Source: Pocillopora verrucosa (lineage: Eukaryota). Taken from it: a stretch of 64,000 nt of DNA. Where the stretch lies: the NCBI RefSeq assembly GCF_036669915.1, contig NC_089312.1, positions 251,991 to 315,990 of the forward strand, written 5' to 3'. Below are positions 13,608-24,543 of this stretch, one piece after another. The notes below the pieces were generated by a model, which was given only the letters and a program-made list of their open reading frames with translations, was not told where the DNA came from and made no database searches. The position numbers and the translations under genes were made by a program. Every line of letters starts with the position of its first letter. Position 1 is the first letter of the stretch.

Positions 13608-14777
13608 TTATATCCAGGCAATCTTTGCTGTACTTTTAGCGTCTCTAACTACCTTCTTTAAATTCTCAGCATCACGCAAAGAAATATTTTTACAATGTGA
13701 AAGATTCAACTGAGAGAGGCCTTTGCATGTTTTAACAAGCAATTTTGCTGACTCTACTGATATTTTACTGCACATTGAAAGATTAACAGACCTCAAAAGT
13801 GATAAACCTGATGACTGTATAAACTGTAAAATGATTCCGTCACTCAGTTTTTCAATTCCAGATAAATCTAGCTCTTGTAATTCTGTTGACTTGGAGAAAA
13901 TGGCTAAGAGATGTTCTGTGAGTGATTTGTGATGCGAAAAATGACAGCCATGGAGGTTAAGAATAGACAACTTTGGGCAAGCTTGTGTCAAGGTTATCCA
14001 TTTGCTTTCCTCTGAAGTTGAAACACGTATGTAACTGCCAGTTACTTCAGTGCAGTCTGCCATATTTAAAGTTTGTAAGGACCTGCAGCAGACCCCAATG
14101 ATCTCAGTATCCACTCTATCCATTCCAGAAATATCCAGCACAATCAACGAATTTCCAGCTTTGACCAAGAATTGTGCAATATGGGGATGAAATTTCATTG
14201 CCTTGTTATCACCAATGTGCAGAACCTTCAGATGGGTTAGTGAAGCAATGAACTCTAAAGACATTGCTGTGAGTGAAGTACAGCAGTTAAGTGATAGCTC
14301 ACATAATAAGGGGCACCTCTTGCAGAGAACTTTCATGCATGTATCTGTGATAAATGTGTACGACAAATCCAAAGAAACAAGTTTTAGGCTTGGAGCACTT
14401 ATGTCAAATTCATCAACTGAGTTTGTCATTGCAAAAGACACCTTTTGTATTTCTTGTTGAGAGTTCAATAGTTTTTGTATTCCATAGCTGGTTACGCCAG
14501 TTGATGACAAGTTGACTTCTTTTAACCTCTGGCACTTTGGATTTTTATCATCTCCACACAAACCATCTATACCAGCATCTGTGAGAAGGGTGCATGACTC
14601 CACCCGCAATACTGTCAGCTCAGGACATGATGTTCCAAGTAAGTTTAACACTTCATCTGTACAAGCCAAACATCCACTGAGATCAATGGACTGAAGACGT
14701 GGTAAGTCTGAAGGAATCTCTTTCAATGCTTTTGCTGAGAGGCGTGAACAGTTCTTCAGACAGAGCTGTGTAATTTT
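13608..14777 (-). CDS. cysteine-containing leucine-rich-repeat protein (FBXL / AMN1-like LRR_cc family), 3'-terminal coding exon with stop
   Basis: A long open frame (372-aa ORF in the track, extended upstream in frame to the acceptor ctcttcag|AAAATTACACAG at 14778-14785 on the minus strand). It holds ~12 tandem repeats of the ...L..L.L..C..ITD.G... type, e.g. CPELTVLRVESCTLLTDAGI and CPKLSILNLHGCHF; the stop codon lies at 13608-13610. Confidence 0.8.
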   Translation of the reverse strand, partial: KITQLCLKNCSRLSAKALKEIPSDLPRLQSIDLSGCLACTDEVLNLLGTSCPELTVLRVESCTLLTDAGIDGLCGDDKNPKCQRLKEVNLSSTGVTSYGIQKLLNSQQEIQKVSFAMTNSVDEFDISAPSLKLVSLDLSYTFITDTCMKVLCKRCPLLCELSLNCCTSLTAMSLEFIASLTHLKVLHIGDNKAMKFHPHIAQFLVKAGNSLIVLDISGMDRVDTEIIGVCCRSLQTLNMADCTEVTGSYIRVSTSEESKWITLTQACPKLSILNLHGCHFSHHKSLTEHLLAIFSKSTELQELDLSGIEKLSDGIILQFIQSSGLSLLRSVNLSMCSKISVESAKLLVKTCKGLSQLNLSHCKNISLRDAENLKKVVRDAKSTAKIAWI

Positions 14778-15265
14778 CTGAAGAGAGACAATAAAATCTG
14801 TAGATAATTCTAGTCCTTAATTCAAAGAATCACTAATGAAAGTACCCTAAGATGGCTTAACACACCTTCCTAAGAGCATTGACTCGACTTAACAGACAAT
14901 TTCTTTTCAAAAAAGGAACGTTTTAGCTCAGTTTTCACAAAGGTATGTTGAAGAAATTTCCTGAAGTCCTAGATAATTTCAACTGTTTTCCTTTAAAACT
15001 AAGGCTTCATCCAGTTACTGTAAATTTGGAAAAGTAAGGTCAAAAACTGTGTTTGTGTATGACATCCATCCTGCATACTGCTATGATCAATAAGCGTCAA
15101 GAGCATCATGTGCTTTATATTCTTTATAAAGAAGAATGAGTCATTATGCTTATAAACCTTTTAATAGAGGATTTAGGATTTATTGACCAGTAAAATTTTC
15201 TTTATGAAGCTGTTATATCCTAATAACAATCATCATGTTTTCTCTGATAACTAAACAATACAAAC

Positions 15266-15432
15266 CTTACAACGAAATCCCACAGCAGAAATGATCTGAT
15301 CATTGATGAGTGAGGAACAGACACTCAAATCCACATGCTTAACATTAGAGTGGAGAAGAACATGAAGGTGACACACTTTAATTTGCTTCTTTTGACTCAA
15401 AATATTCAAAAGTTCTTGAATAAGGCCAGAGT
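15266..15432 (-). CDS. upstream exon of the same LRR gene (…SGLIQELLNILSQKKQIKVCHLHVLLHSNVKHVDLSVCSSLINDQIISAVGFRCK)
   Basis: The acceptor is ttattttgtag|AC (minus) and the donor AAG|gtttgt. The exon ends in phase 0 and joins in frame to the 14777 exon; it is LRR-like and resembles the AMN1 N-terminal region. Confidence 0.65.
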
Positions 15433-15844
15433 CTACAAAATAACAACAACATATCAAGTAAATGTTTGGATAACCAAAAATCTTCCTTTAAAGCTAAGGA
15501 AGGCTTCAGGCCCTCATTCATAAATATCACAGTTCAACGATTTATCATTTATATTCCAAGTTTCAAATCCCGCTAGTCTGACTCACTACTTAATTCATGC
15601 CATAAGAAACTAGGAAAAAGACACGAGAGATTCATGCAGTTACTCCACCTTCCTCGCCCCATTCCTCAAGAACCCCAGTTGACTCTCGACCACAAACAGA
15701 GTATGGCCTAAGTCATTACCGTGCATGTTACCTCAAAACAACTAAAATAATTATAAGTGCTGGGTTACAAAACCGTTTAAAATAGTTCAAAGTACATGTA
15801 CGCAGTTAAACTCACTCAAGCCATCAAACGGACCAAGAACATAC

Positions 15845-15942
15845 TTGAACCGATTAAGATCTGCGATCGATGCGTTGCACCACAGGCTCATATCTTTCGC
15901 GATACTCTCGAGGCTAAATCTTTCTAAAGTTTGCATGCTCAT
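15845..15942 (-). CDS. putative first coding exon of the LRR gene (MSMQTLERFSLESIAKDMSLWCNASIADLNRF), divergent from DCLRE1A
   Basis: An ATG at 15942 (minus) opens a 32-codon frame ending at the donor AA|gtatgt. The frame can be connected through a candidate 23-nt micro-exon (15577-15599, cctag|TTTCTTATGGCATGAATTAAGTA|gtgagt) to the 15432 exon, but this is speculative. Confidence 0.3.
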
Positions 15943-16225
15943 TCTTAACCTAATTTGAAAGATTTGGGATGTACAAAACGGTCACTGTCCGTTTGAAATT
16001 GATTAACTCTTCTCTTGCTTTAAGATTGCAAGAGGTGAAGTAATCTGTTGATCACTGCAACAATGCTCTATCCAGCGGTTATCGTCATGGAGAACATTAT
16101 GTGTAAGTATCGTACACGTAGTGTTTCAAATTAATTAAATATGGTGGACGCGGAGCGATTTTGACGGTTTTAACTCAGCGCAGATTATTCGCTGTAATAT
16201 ACATAATATATCACCTTTGTACGGC
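15943..16225. promoter_or_regulatory. short shared (bidirectional) promoter region between the LRR gene (-) and DCLRE1A (+)
   Basis: The putative start codons lie 283 bp apart in divergent orientation; this is inferred from the gene models only. Confidence 0.4.
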
Positions 16226-16709
16226 ATGGATGGAGAGGTGGAGGAAGATGATATCTGGGATGAAAAATCCTTAAAGCAGCTTGAAAGAAAGCGTGGACAG
16301 TCGGCACGCAGAGATGAAAAACCAACGAATTTACCGCGCAAAAGCCCAAAATCAAAGCGCACTGCCAATAATTTGAACAAACCTCAACGACGGTGTCGTT
16401 TGCAAGTCTCACAGAAAACAAAGACGGATAATTCTCAGACAATCATAAAGAACAGTGGGAGGGAACTAAAACGCAAGAGAGAAGATTCCTCCAGTAGTTG
16501 CAAGGAATTGAATGATGAGGACTCAACCTTCAGTCACCAATTATCTGGAAGCCAAGTTGACTCAGCTGTGGTTGACAACAAGATCACACCTCAAAAGAGC
16601 ATCGTAGATGGGTACTGCCCTAGATGCCAGATGCCTTTCGTTGCATTGGTTGGAGAATCTCCTGGGTGGCACGTCAGCGATTGCTTGGGAAGGAAATATT
16701 CTTTCATAG
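16226..16709 (+). CDS. DCLRE1A: DNA cross-link repair 1A (SNM1A/DCLRE1A) exon 1, containing a UBZ4-type zinc finger (CPRCQMPFVALVGESPGWHVSDC)
   Basis: The ATG is at 16226 (the track's start at 16217 is a TTG) and the donor is ATAG|gtaatt at 16709. A CxxC..HxxxC motif of UBZ4 type sits at the C-terminus of the exon, as in SNM1A. Confidence 0.8.
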
Positions 16710-17005
16710 GTAATTAAAGCGTACTTAGCTTAATAGATTTAGTTAGAACAATATCATTAATATTTCACTGCTGTTTAAACAGTTATACCCTCTATAAGTC
16801 AGCCCAGCCAGAAGTATGTGTAAATTTACTTGTTAACTTTGCTCTATGCAGAACCTCAGGACATACGTGGATTTGCATCAGGTAAAATTTCCTTGTGGGA
16901 CCATTTGACTGCAAGGATAGGAAAACTTATTCACTGATTCAGATAAACAAATCCGATACGTAAACAACTGAATCAATATAAAACAGAACCTTTCTTTTTT
17001 GTTAG

Positions 17006-17163
17006 GTGATTGTCCTGAAGGTGTCCACTGCAGATCAACATTTTCTCCTCATTATGAAAGATACTCTCACAAGCTTTTGGCTTCTGTCAGGAGTTATGGT
17101 CACATATACAGAGGAGATGAGGGAGAAAGTAGTGGAAACATAGATAATCTGATGCACAAACAA
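17006..17163 (+). CDS. DCLRE1A: DCLRE1A exon 2, with a PBZ-type (C-x5-C-x6-H-x5-H) zinc-finger motif: CPEGVHCRSTFSPHYERYSH
   Basis: The acceptor is ttttttgttag|GT and the donor AAACAA|gtaaga. Translation gives GDCPEGVHCRSTFSPHYERYSHKLLASVRSYGHIYRGDEGESSGNIDNLMHKQ and is phase-consistent with exon 1. Confidence 0.7.
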
Positions 17164-17368
17164 GTAAGAGTTTGACATACTGTAAAGACCTTTTAACTCT
17201 AAATCATTTCTTTTCCTGTGGCATAAACTTAGTAAGGAATCTGAAATAATTTTGGTAAGTTTAAAACTATATCTAAGGCATGAAAACTCTTACTATCAGA
17301 CTTTCTCATGAATTATTATTGGTGTTGACACTAATTGGAACTAACTTTTATTCTTTCCTTAACAAAAG

Positions 17369-18466
17369 CATGAAAGAGCAATCAAGTCTTCAAGACAATT
17401 GAACTTTTCAGAAAAACCATTTTTGTCTGAATCACTCCATAAAGATGAAGATGAGTGTGAATCTTCTGGGAGCCCTGGTGCTACAGTAGGTTTACCTTAT
17501 GGTAGAGCAAATGGAGCAATAGAAGCAGTACAATTAGATGAAAATAAAACATCAAAGGAATTACTATGCAATATTCATAGTTCCCCACAACATTCAAACC
17601 TTGGAGAATCTAGCAAATCTCATTCTTTGCCTCTACAAAGTGAGGCTTCAATGACCAAAGTTGAGACAGGAGATTTTCAAATGTCCTCTGATGATGATCT
17701 GTTTGGAGATCTTGAAGTCTTGGAAAATTTGTGTGAAAGTTCTTATGCAGCAGATCAGTTAACAAAAGACCAACAGAGTTATCACAGTCTTGAATGTGTT
17801 GATGTGTATGATAAGCCCAAGCAGTGTTTTATCCAACCTGTTGCTTCAGTTGTGGAGAAAAAGAGTAAAACAAGTGAACATACAAATGAGGCTGAGGTAA
17901 ATTTTACACCAAGTCCACATCCTTTGGATGTAAAGAAAATTAATGTCAAAGAAGATAATCTGGGTGAGCACTCAAGTATAGGCCAGAAACAACAGTCAAT
18001 TTTGGCATTTGTCAGAAAAGGGAAGGAAGCCTCTAAATCAAAGACATCTCTGAAACAAACTGATATAGGAGTGTTCTTTGGCTTGAAACCACTGAAGAAG
18101 CCAGCAAAAAATATAACAACTTCTCAGAATGGTGCCAGAATAACAAACTCTTCACAATCACAGTCTGCATCCCAAAGACAGGGTCACTGGGCAACAAGAA
18201 AAACATTCAACAATGATCGTAAAAACACAGAATTTACAACTGAAGGTCAAAGTTCAAGTCAAAGTGAAGGTCTAGCTGGTAGTAATAGAACCCAGACTCA
18301 ACGCAGTTGTCCATTCTACAAGAAGATCCCTAACAGTGCCTTTACTGTTGATGCTTTTCGCTATGGCAACATTCCTGGCTGTCATGCTTATTTTTTGAGC
18401 CATTTTCATTATGATCACTATATGGGACTGAATGGGAAATTCAAAAATCCAATCTATTGTAGCAAG
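17369..18466 (+). CDS. DCLRE1A: DCLRE1A exon 3 (long low-complexity linker plus start of metallo-beta-lactamase domain: …RSCPFYKKIPNSAFTVDAFRYGNIPGCHAYFLSHFHYDHYMGLNGKFKNPIYCSK)
   Basis: This is the 363-aa ORF; the acceptor is ttctttccttaacaaaag| and the donor AGCAAG|gtaata. The HxHxDH motif (FLSHFHYDHY) and the CPFYKKIP..FTVDAF block are the SNM1/Artemis MBL signature. Confidence 0.8.
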
Positions 18467-18578
18467 GTAATAGACTGTAGGGTTTATTAATATTTGATGT
18501 GGGAGGGCACCCTAATCATGAGGTTACTCGATCAGAAATGATAACTTCTTGATGTTCAAATGAAATATAAAGGGGTTA

Positions 18579-18613
<35 letters not shown>

Positions 18614-19140
18614 AGAGTATATCCTTAATAATAGTAAGGATAATATTATAGTTGGGTTCTGTTTTTATGTATCTCATTGCTACAAGCCTTGTCATGCATG
18701 ATGATCAGATTTGTGAAAGATTTTGGAAAGCTGGTTTATTAACTTAGAACAGACTCCTTTTTGACAGATGTTAACAATTACCTGCACCTTATAAACCTCT
18801 TATTTAGAACATCAACACAACTTTGCTGATAGTTTGAAACTTACTGACACTGTTTGGCTCTGACAACCAGATGAACAACGGCAGAACTGACCAATCAGTT
18901 TTCACATACCAAACCTCCAAAGCCTTAACTGACAAACAACTCTTCACTTGATTCTAGAAAAGACATATGCTCATATTTTTGAACTGTCAATAAAAAATTT
19001 CTCTCAGAATTGGTCTCACTCAGACAATTAGAGAAGACAATCATAATTGGGTAATATAACTCCACTATGGTATATTATTTGATAAAAACAGCCAGTAATT
19101 GATTGAAGAATTAGTGCTCACTTATAATTTTTTTGTTAAG

Positions 19141-19259
19141 ATCACTGCAAATCTGGTGATATCCAAGCTGTGTGTTAAAAAAGAGTTTGTCCATCCACTT
19201 CCCATGAATGCACCAACCATTGTGGAAAATGTTCAAGTTACACTTCTGGAGGCAAACCA
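19141..19259 (+). CDS. DCLRE1A: DCLRE1A exon 4 ([39 protein letters not shown])
   Basis: The acceptor is tttttttgttaag| and the donor CA|gtaggg. It aligns with human SNM1A ITGNLLKNKLHVQEQYIHPLPLDTECIVNGVKVVLLDAN. Confidence 0.8.
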
Positions 19260-19439
19260 GTAGGGACTACTAAGTTTGTTACTTATCACTTTAAAATTAA
19301 TAAAATTACTTTAAGTGAAATATGTTTAGTAATTAAAATAATGACTCATAATGACTTAGATAGAAGGATAAAATCTGTTTTGAGTGGCATTCTCAGCAAA
19401 ACATGGCCTATATTTTTCATTGAACTTTTTTTTTTTCAG

Positions 19440-19501
19440 TTGCCCTGGAGCTGTATTGTTTGTGTTCCAGTTCTCTTCTGGCCAGACTTACTTACACACA
19501 G
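19440..19501 (+). CDS. DCLRE1A: DCLRE1A exon 5 (HCPGAVLFVFQFSSGQTYLHTG)
   Basis: The acceptor is tttttttttttcag| and the donor ACAG|gtttag. It matches human HCPGAVMILFYLPNGTVILHTG. Confidence 0.8.
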
Positions 19502-19854
19502 GTTTAGCTTCATTTTGGTTGATATTTAATTAAGATACTTTTGCCACATGTGATATGTAAGTATTCAAAAATGCAATTATTCTACTGTAAGATTTACAAA
19601 GATTGTAGCTTTTCATCATGCTGTCATTTATGTACCACGTACAAAGCAGCATGCTTGGTGATTGCTCTCATGACATAACCAACCAATTGATGAACAATGT
19701 CATGTCTTGAATGTGACCCTGAACAGTCCATGACATCCCAGCTAAAGAATGTCAGTTTACAATCAAAGTATCACTTTCTACATCCCTTGTGACAACAGTA
19801 CCTGCGGAAGTTTCCTCAAGTACATTTTAAAGTATTACTTAATTTATTTTTAAG

Positions 19855-19933
19855 GTGACTTTCGAGCCTCTCCTGAAATGGAAAGGTATCCAGAGTTACA
19901 TTGTAAGATTGATGTCCTGTACCTTGACACCAC
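19855..19933 (+). CDS. DCLRE1A: DCLRE1A exon 6 (GDFRASPEMERYPELHCKIDVLYLDTT)
   Basis: The acceptor is ttttaag| and the donor AC|gtaagt. It matches human GDFRADPSMERSLLADQKVHMLYLDTT. Confidence 0.85.
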
Positions 19934-20028
19934 GTAAGTACATCTACACTGACATGTTTTTTCGATCTGTTATGTAATTACGGAATAATCTTCAGTATTT
20001 ACAACTTGTTTTTTTAAAAACATTTCAG

Positions 20029-20174
20029 GTACTGTGATCCAAATTACTCCTTTCCTCCTCAAGAGGAAACCATCAACTTTGCTGTTTCAAAAGCTGTGCA
20101 AGCATGCAAACAAAACCCAAAGACACTGATAGTTTGTGGCTCATATACAATTGGGAAAGAACGTGTCTTTCTTG
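20029..20174 (+). CDS. DCLRE1A: DCLRE1A exon 7 ([48 protein letters not shown])
   Basis: The acceptor is catttcag| and the donor CTTG|gtgagg. It matches human [48 protein letters not shown]. Confidence 0.85.
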
Positions 20175-20403
20175 GTGAGGACTTTTAAAATCTCAGTTTA
20201 ATATATTTTTGTGAGATGGTACAGAGGAGAGAATTCTTAATTCAGACACAGGAGACTGCGATTCTACAATTTCAGCAAATATCAAGGCTTTGTGTGATAG
20301 TCACTTTTTAATAAGATTGAATTCAATTTTGTTGCTTAACTATCATTGGCACCAATAATTAAATGGGAACTGTTTGTTGATATTGTTTTGTGTTTATGTT
20401 AAG

Positions 20404-20558
20404 CCATTGCAGAAGCACTTGGATGTAAAGTTTGTGTAGAAAAACAAAAGAAAAAGGTTCTGGACTGTCTTGAATCCAATCAAATAAATTCTCTGATCAC
20501 AACTGACTGGAAGGCGGGAAGAATTCATGTGTTGCCAATGGCAAAGCTAACGCTGCAG
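20404..20558 (+). CDS. DCLRE1A: DCLRE1A exon 8 ([52 protein letters not shown])
   Basis: The acceptor is tgtttatgttaag| and the donor GCAG|gtaaaa; it is phase-consistent. Confidence 0.8.
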
Positions 20559-20663
20559 GTAAAAGATGAATTTTTAGTGCTGAAATTGTATTCTTCACTT
20601 TCATGGCTAAGATAAAGCAACTTGAAATTTATTATTATGGTGGAAAACAGAACATGTATTCAG

Positions 20664-20763
20664 TTAACCCTTTAACTCCCATGACTGATAAAGACTGAAT
20701 TTCTCCTTACAATATCAATACAATATCAAGTACACTAGTTATGAGGGTAAAGAAAAGTATTAA
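20664..20763. mobile_element. short/internally deleted copy of a piggyBac-like MITE (TTAA|CCCTTTAACTCCCATGACTGATAAAGACTGAATTTCTCCTTACAATATCA…) in a DCLRE1A intron
   Basis: It shares the 5' terminal ~55 bp with the copies at 32503, 56450 and 58327, and is flanked by TTAA at 20664-20667; the 3' end is poorly defined. Confidence 0.4.
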
Positions 20764-21015
20764 TCAGGGGATTATTAGTTGATCCAATACCCAATTTTCA
20801 GAGCTGATATTATAAGAATTGTGTCACAGACAGTAAGGAGAATTTGATGTTATGAGTGAAACAAATTCTGAACTCCAGATATTTTTTTAGATGTCTCTGC
20901 TGTGGTTTTATCAGTTGCAAAGTATTCAAATTAAAATAAGATACATATAGAAAGATGTTTAAGATGGAATATAATTTCAAAGCATATTTTCATCATCAAT
21001 TTTATTTATTGATAG

Positions 21016-21157
21016 AATCTAACAACATATTTGGGGGCTCATAAGTCACAGTATGCTGAACTCCTGGCATTTAAACCCACTGGGTGGGAACACAGTGAAA
21101 AGCAAGAGGACTTGTCGATGATTAAACCTTCCAAGAGAGGAAATGTGACAATATATG
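21016..21157 (+). CDS. DCLRE1A: DCLRE1A exon 9 ([47 protein letters not shown])
   Basis: The acceptor is ttattgatag| and the donor TATG|gtaagt. It matches human ...ILAFRPTGWTHS...GNISIYG. Confidence 0.85.
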
Positions 21158-21312
21158 GTAAGTACAGTGATATGCTAGATTTAACTTACTCAGCCCATCT
21201 TGTTTTTTCCACCCAACTTCACTCCTCTCCTAAAGTCAGTTTTTTTCATTACTGACAATGATGTAGTTCCTAGGGTTTGTTATATTGTTGTTTTCTTCGT
21301 CTTTATGCTTAG

Positions 21313-21479
21313 GTGTTCCTTATAGTGAGCATAGCAGCTTCAGGGAACTGGAGAGATTTGTTAAGTTTCTTCAGCCAAAGAGGATCATTCCTACTGTTAA
21401 TGTCCATTCCGCAGAAAAAAGGGCTCAGATGCAGGCCATCTTCAACAGCTGGTTATCGAAGGATTCCTTAAAGTTTTGA
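21313..21479 (+). CDS. DCLRE1A: DCLRE1A terminal exon ([55 protein letters not shown])
   Basis: The acceptor is ctttatgcttag| and the stop is TGA at 21477-21479. It matches human [31 protein letters not shown] (beta-CASP C-terminus). Confidence 0.85.
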
Positions 21480-23106
21480 GCAATGTTAAGTCTTAATTTA
21501 ATGGCAGGTTGTCAAAGAACATGCCAAAAGAGAGAAATAATATTTGATGATCGTCTATGAAGCCTACAAAATGTTAAGTATTTTGTAATTCCCATGAAAT
21601 GAAAAATTGTACAGTAGTATTTTTCTATAACCATTATTTATGGGTATTTTGTTGCATCAATCTTGAGAATTGTTTACAGTAAGTACTCAAGATATAATTC
21701 AAATATAGGTACAGCACATATGGATAAGCATAATTTTTTCTGTATTTGAAGCTACATGTAGCTGCTTTTATGTTAATAAGTTTAAGCTCTCAGTTGATTT
21801 TCTGATGCTTCATTATTTTAAATGCACTCAGATAGCCTTATTTGAACTGGTGAATGAAGGAACTCTTATTTATCCACAGAAGTGAAATATATATATATTC
21901 TTATTGTACTTATACTTACATGTACTTATTTATACATCACTGACATAAAATCATACTTGACTGTAAATCACTGTAATTTTCTCACAATTTAGACTAGAAG
22001 GACAGTGCCAGTAATGATTCTAGTTGGCTTATCTTCAGATCACAATTAATTTCATACTAGACTAGAGTATCTGAACTTTTTAAGAGATTAGCCAATAACC
22101 TGCTGATCTGCAGGAACATGTGAACTTTGCTTGTGGAGTGATTTAGCATTTGGAAGTTGATTTTGTGTTCAGCTATGTGGAAAATAAACAACTTTGTTGG
22201 TAAAAGCAAAATTATAAAGGTTGTGTGAGTTTCTCAGGCCCTTAGAGCATGTACAACCTAGGACCAAAAGTAAGGACTGTATTGTAAAATCATATTTGTT
22301 TCTTGCAAAGTTACTGGGCCTTCAGTTTCTATATGGTTCACAACCATCTCTACTTAAAATTACTTTTCATCTGCAAGACCATGTAGTTTTCAAATTAAAA
22401 TAAAAAAAAAATTGAGTGACAATCAAAGTGTAAACTGAATTCTGAGTCAGTTTTTTTACCTTACATATTCCATTAAATATTACCATTGTACTCTGTTTTT
22501 GGAATTTCAGCTTACTTCTATTTATTTAATAGAGAAAAAATTGTCTTAGACTAGAATATAAAAAGTACAGATTGAATGATAGTATGGAAATAGTTTATTC
22601 ACACCCTGTGGAAGCCAGCAATATTTTTATAGAATTGATATTATTAGAGGTTCAAGTACTTTCATACATGTTGGAAACAATGCACTTTGAACTTGGCATT
22701 GAAAAGTATTGAACTTTTAAATGAGCCTGCAAGTCTGATACGAAGGTTTTAAACAAGGCAGAGGCAAGCTCTCCTATGAACTTCGAGAAGCTTTGGACAT
22801 AGAAAAGTTTATTGCCTTGTCAAATTCTTATCAAAATCATTAATTACTGACTGTCACTTGAAGCAATTTTGTTTCATTCTTGCTGGCCAGTTTTCATTTA
22901 CCAAGTGGACTGAAAGGGGTTTTTATTGCAGCTGATATTTTTAGCAATTTATATTTCAGACCAGTGGCTTGTTTTTTATATGAATCCTGAGATACATTTA
23001 TGTGTGTCCAGCTTGTTATTCTTTCCAGGAAATGAAGATTTTTCATCCTTTGGCATTAACTGCTTTCTGTTGTGACATTGCTTTCTCATCTGCATCATGT
23101 GCTCTA

Positions 23107-23290
23107 AAGTCAGAAACAATACAATGTGTCAATATGTTTGGGGAGGCAGGGTGGCTAAGTGGTTGGGGCACTGTTCTTGTAATCAAGTGGTCCTTGGTTC
23201 AAGCCCTCTACCCTGTCTTTCACTGGATTTGTTCTTGGTTGCCTCAAGTTCAACTCCTTTGCTGCAATTTGTATATAGCCAACTGGACTG
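23107..23290 (+). repeat. tRNA-derived SINE-like element (Pol III A box TGGCTAAGTGG, B box GGTTCAAGCCC) downstream of cyclin J
   Basis: Canonical A- and B-box motifs are read directly in the sequence, with a tRNA-like 5' head followed by a non-tRNA body. It overlaps the spurious ORFs 23002-23361 and 23097-23366. Confidence 0.45.
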
Positions 23291-23894
23291 CTTCCAACCA
23301 ATTGGGAATCTTGAATATTTTGTTTATGTTTGTTTACAATGTTTATTTACAATTTGTTTGAATTAATTATTTCTTGAAGACATTAGCTACTTAGCTGCCT
23401 TGTTAATTCAAAATGAATTAAATTTCTTTTTTTTCTTTTACTAAGATACAAAATCAGATTACTCTTTCCTTTCACCAAGCTAAAGGATTGAAGTACCACC
23501 TTTAAATTGTAATAGATATTGCCATTCTTTTTAAATCTGAAGTCTATGTATTCCAGTACCTTAACATAATGTGCACACAGGGTGCGATCTGCTCCCATGT
23601 GTAGGATGTAACCTTGATCAGTAGGGGTGTCCAGGATGGGCAGAGGTGAAGCCTCAGTCGTGATGCAGCTACTGCTGCTGATGTTATCACCGAGGGAGGA
23701 AATGCTAGGAATGAATGATCTAAAGTGAAGAACAGTGGAAATAGTTAGGCAAATAATAGCGGAGCTCGCAGAGCGTAGCCCCATAATTATACAAAATAGT
23801 AGTAACCCATCAAGCTGAAAAAATTTGGTTGTACAACCGTACAAGGTGCTACTTTTGACATGCATGGTCAACTGTACCATGGGCACGCCAATGC

Positions 23895-24075
23895 CACGGC
23901 TTTGCTCAGTTAAGTCCAGTGGTTTGCACTGGGCTCCGAGTCGGACAACCTGGGTTCTAGTCCTGGCTGGGACAAGTTGTGTGGGGAAAAAAATTGTGAG
24001 CTCCGCTTTTAGGCTTGGCTAAATCTATAAATTAGTAATACTTCCTTACTGTACCTCACTGGAAAATCCCCTCCA
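23895..24075 (+). repeat. second tRNA-related SINE-like element (…GCTCAGTTAAGTCCAGTGG…CCTGGGTTCTAGTCCTGGCTGGG… then a CORE/MIR-like tail)
   Basis: It has a B-box-like GGGTTCTAGTCC and a tRNA-like head. It is unrelated in sequence to the 23107 element and overlaps the long spurious minus-strand ORF 23383-23886. Confidence 0.35.
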
Positions 24076-24384
24076 CTGTCATGATATACAAATGTAGCCA
24101 TATAAGTGGGACCTAAACCCATGGAAGGACACACTTTATTTGCTTGTTTGTTTTTGTTCCATTTTGGAATGGTTTAATGTTTGGGCGAAGTGTTATGATA
24201 AGCTCACATTTTGTCAACTAGGAAGTTTTCAATATGCCAAATTTTGAACTTGTGGGACCAAGGGATGTGAGATGCATTAAGTGTGAAGACAACCTATAAC
24301 TCCTTGCATCCTAACATCAGTACCCACATTCTCCTTACTCTTCTCTTTAAATTTCATCTGGATCTAACAAGGAAAATTTGTTTA

Positions 24385-24478
24385 TTAATCCAAGCTTCTT
24401 AGGTTGGTGACCATTTCCTCTATTATCATGCTTGTAATCAATGATTCAGCAGTATTGCTGTAGGGAGAAACTTTATGC
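24385..24478 (-). CDS. CCNJ: candidate 3' coding exon of cyclin J (…SPYSNTAESLITSMIIEEMVTNLRSLD*), unresolved
   Basis: Weak similarity to the cyclin J second-fold start (DHAFLNYAPSLVAAACVASS). No clean AG acceptor gives this frame, and the nearest strong acceptor (tttctccctacag) terminates after 6 codons; the true 3' structure is uncertain. Confidence 0.25.
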
Positions 24479-24543
24479 TGGTCACTCAAAAGGTTTAAAG
24501 GGTTGAGGGTTAGTCCAAATATTTTTTTGAAATTATATCTTAC

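Noticed and set aside
16217-16225. ORF-track start of the DCLRE1A first exon at 16217 (MYGMDG…).
   Set aside because: Codon 16217-16219 is TTG; the track evidently allows alternative starts and prints M. The first ATG is 16226 (MDGEVEE…). The same applies to 15457 (TTG) and 17399 (TTG).
23383-23886. 167-aa minus-strand ORF downstream of cyclin J that might have been the cyclin J C-terminus.
   Set aside because: Its 5' part is the antisense of a SINE-like element (23895-24075 region). It has no similarity to the cyclin J C-terminal half, and no in-phase acceptor connects it to exon 2.
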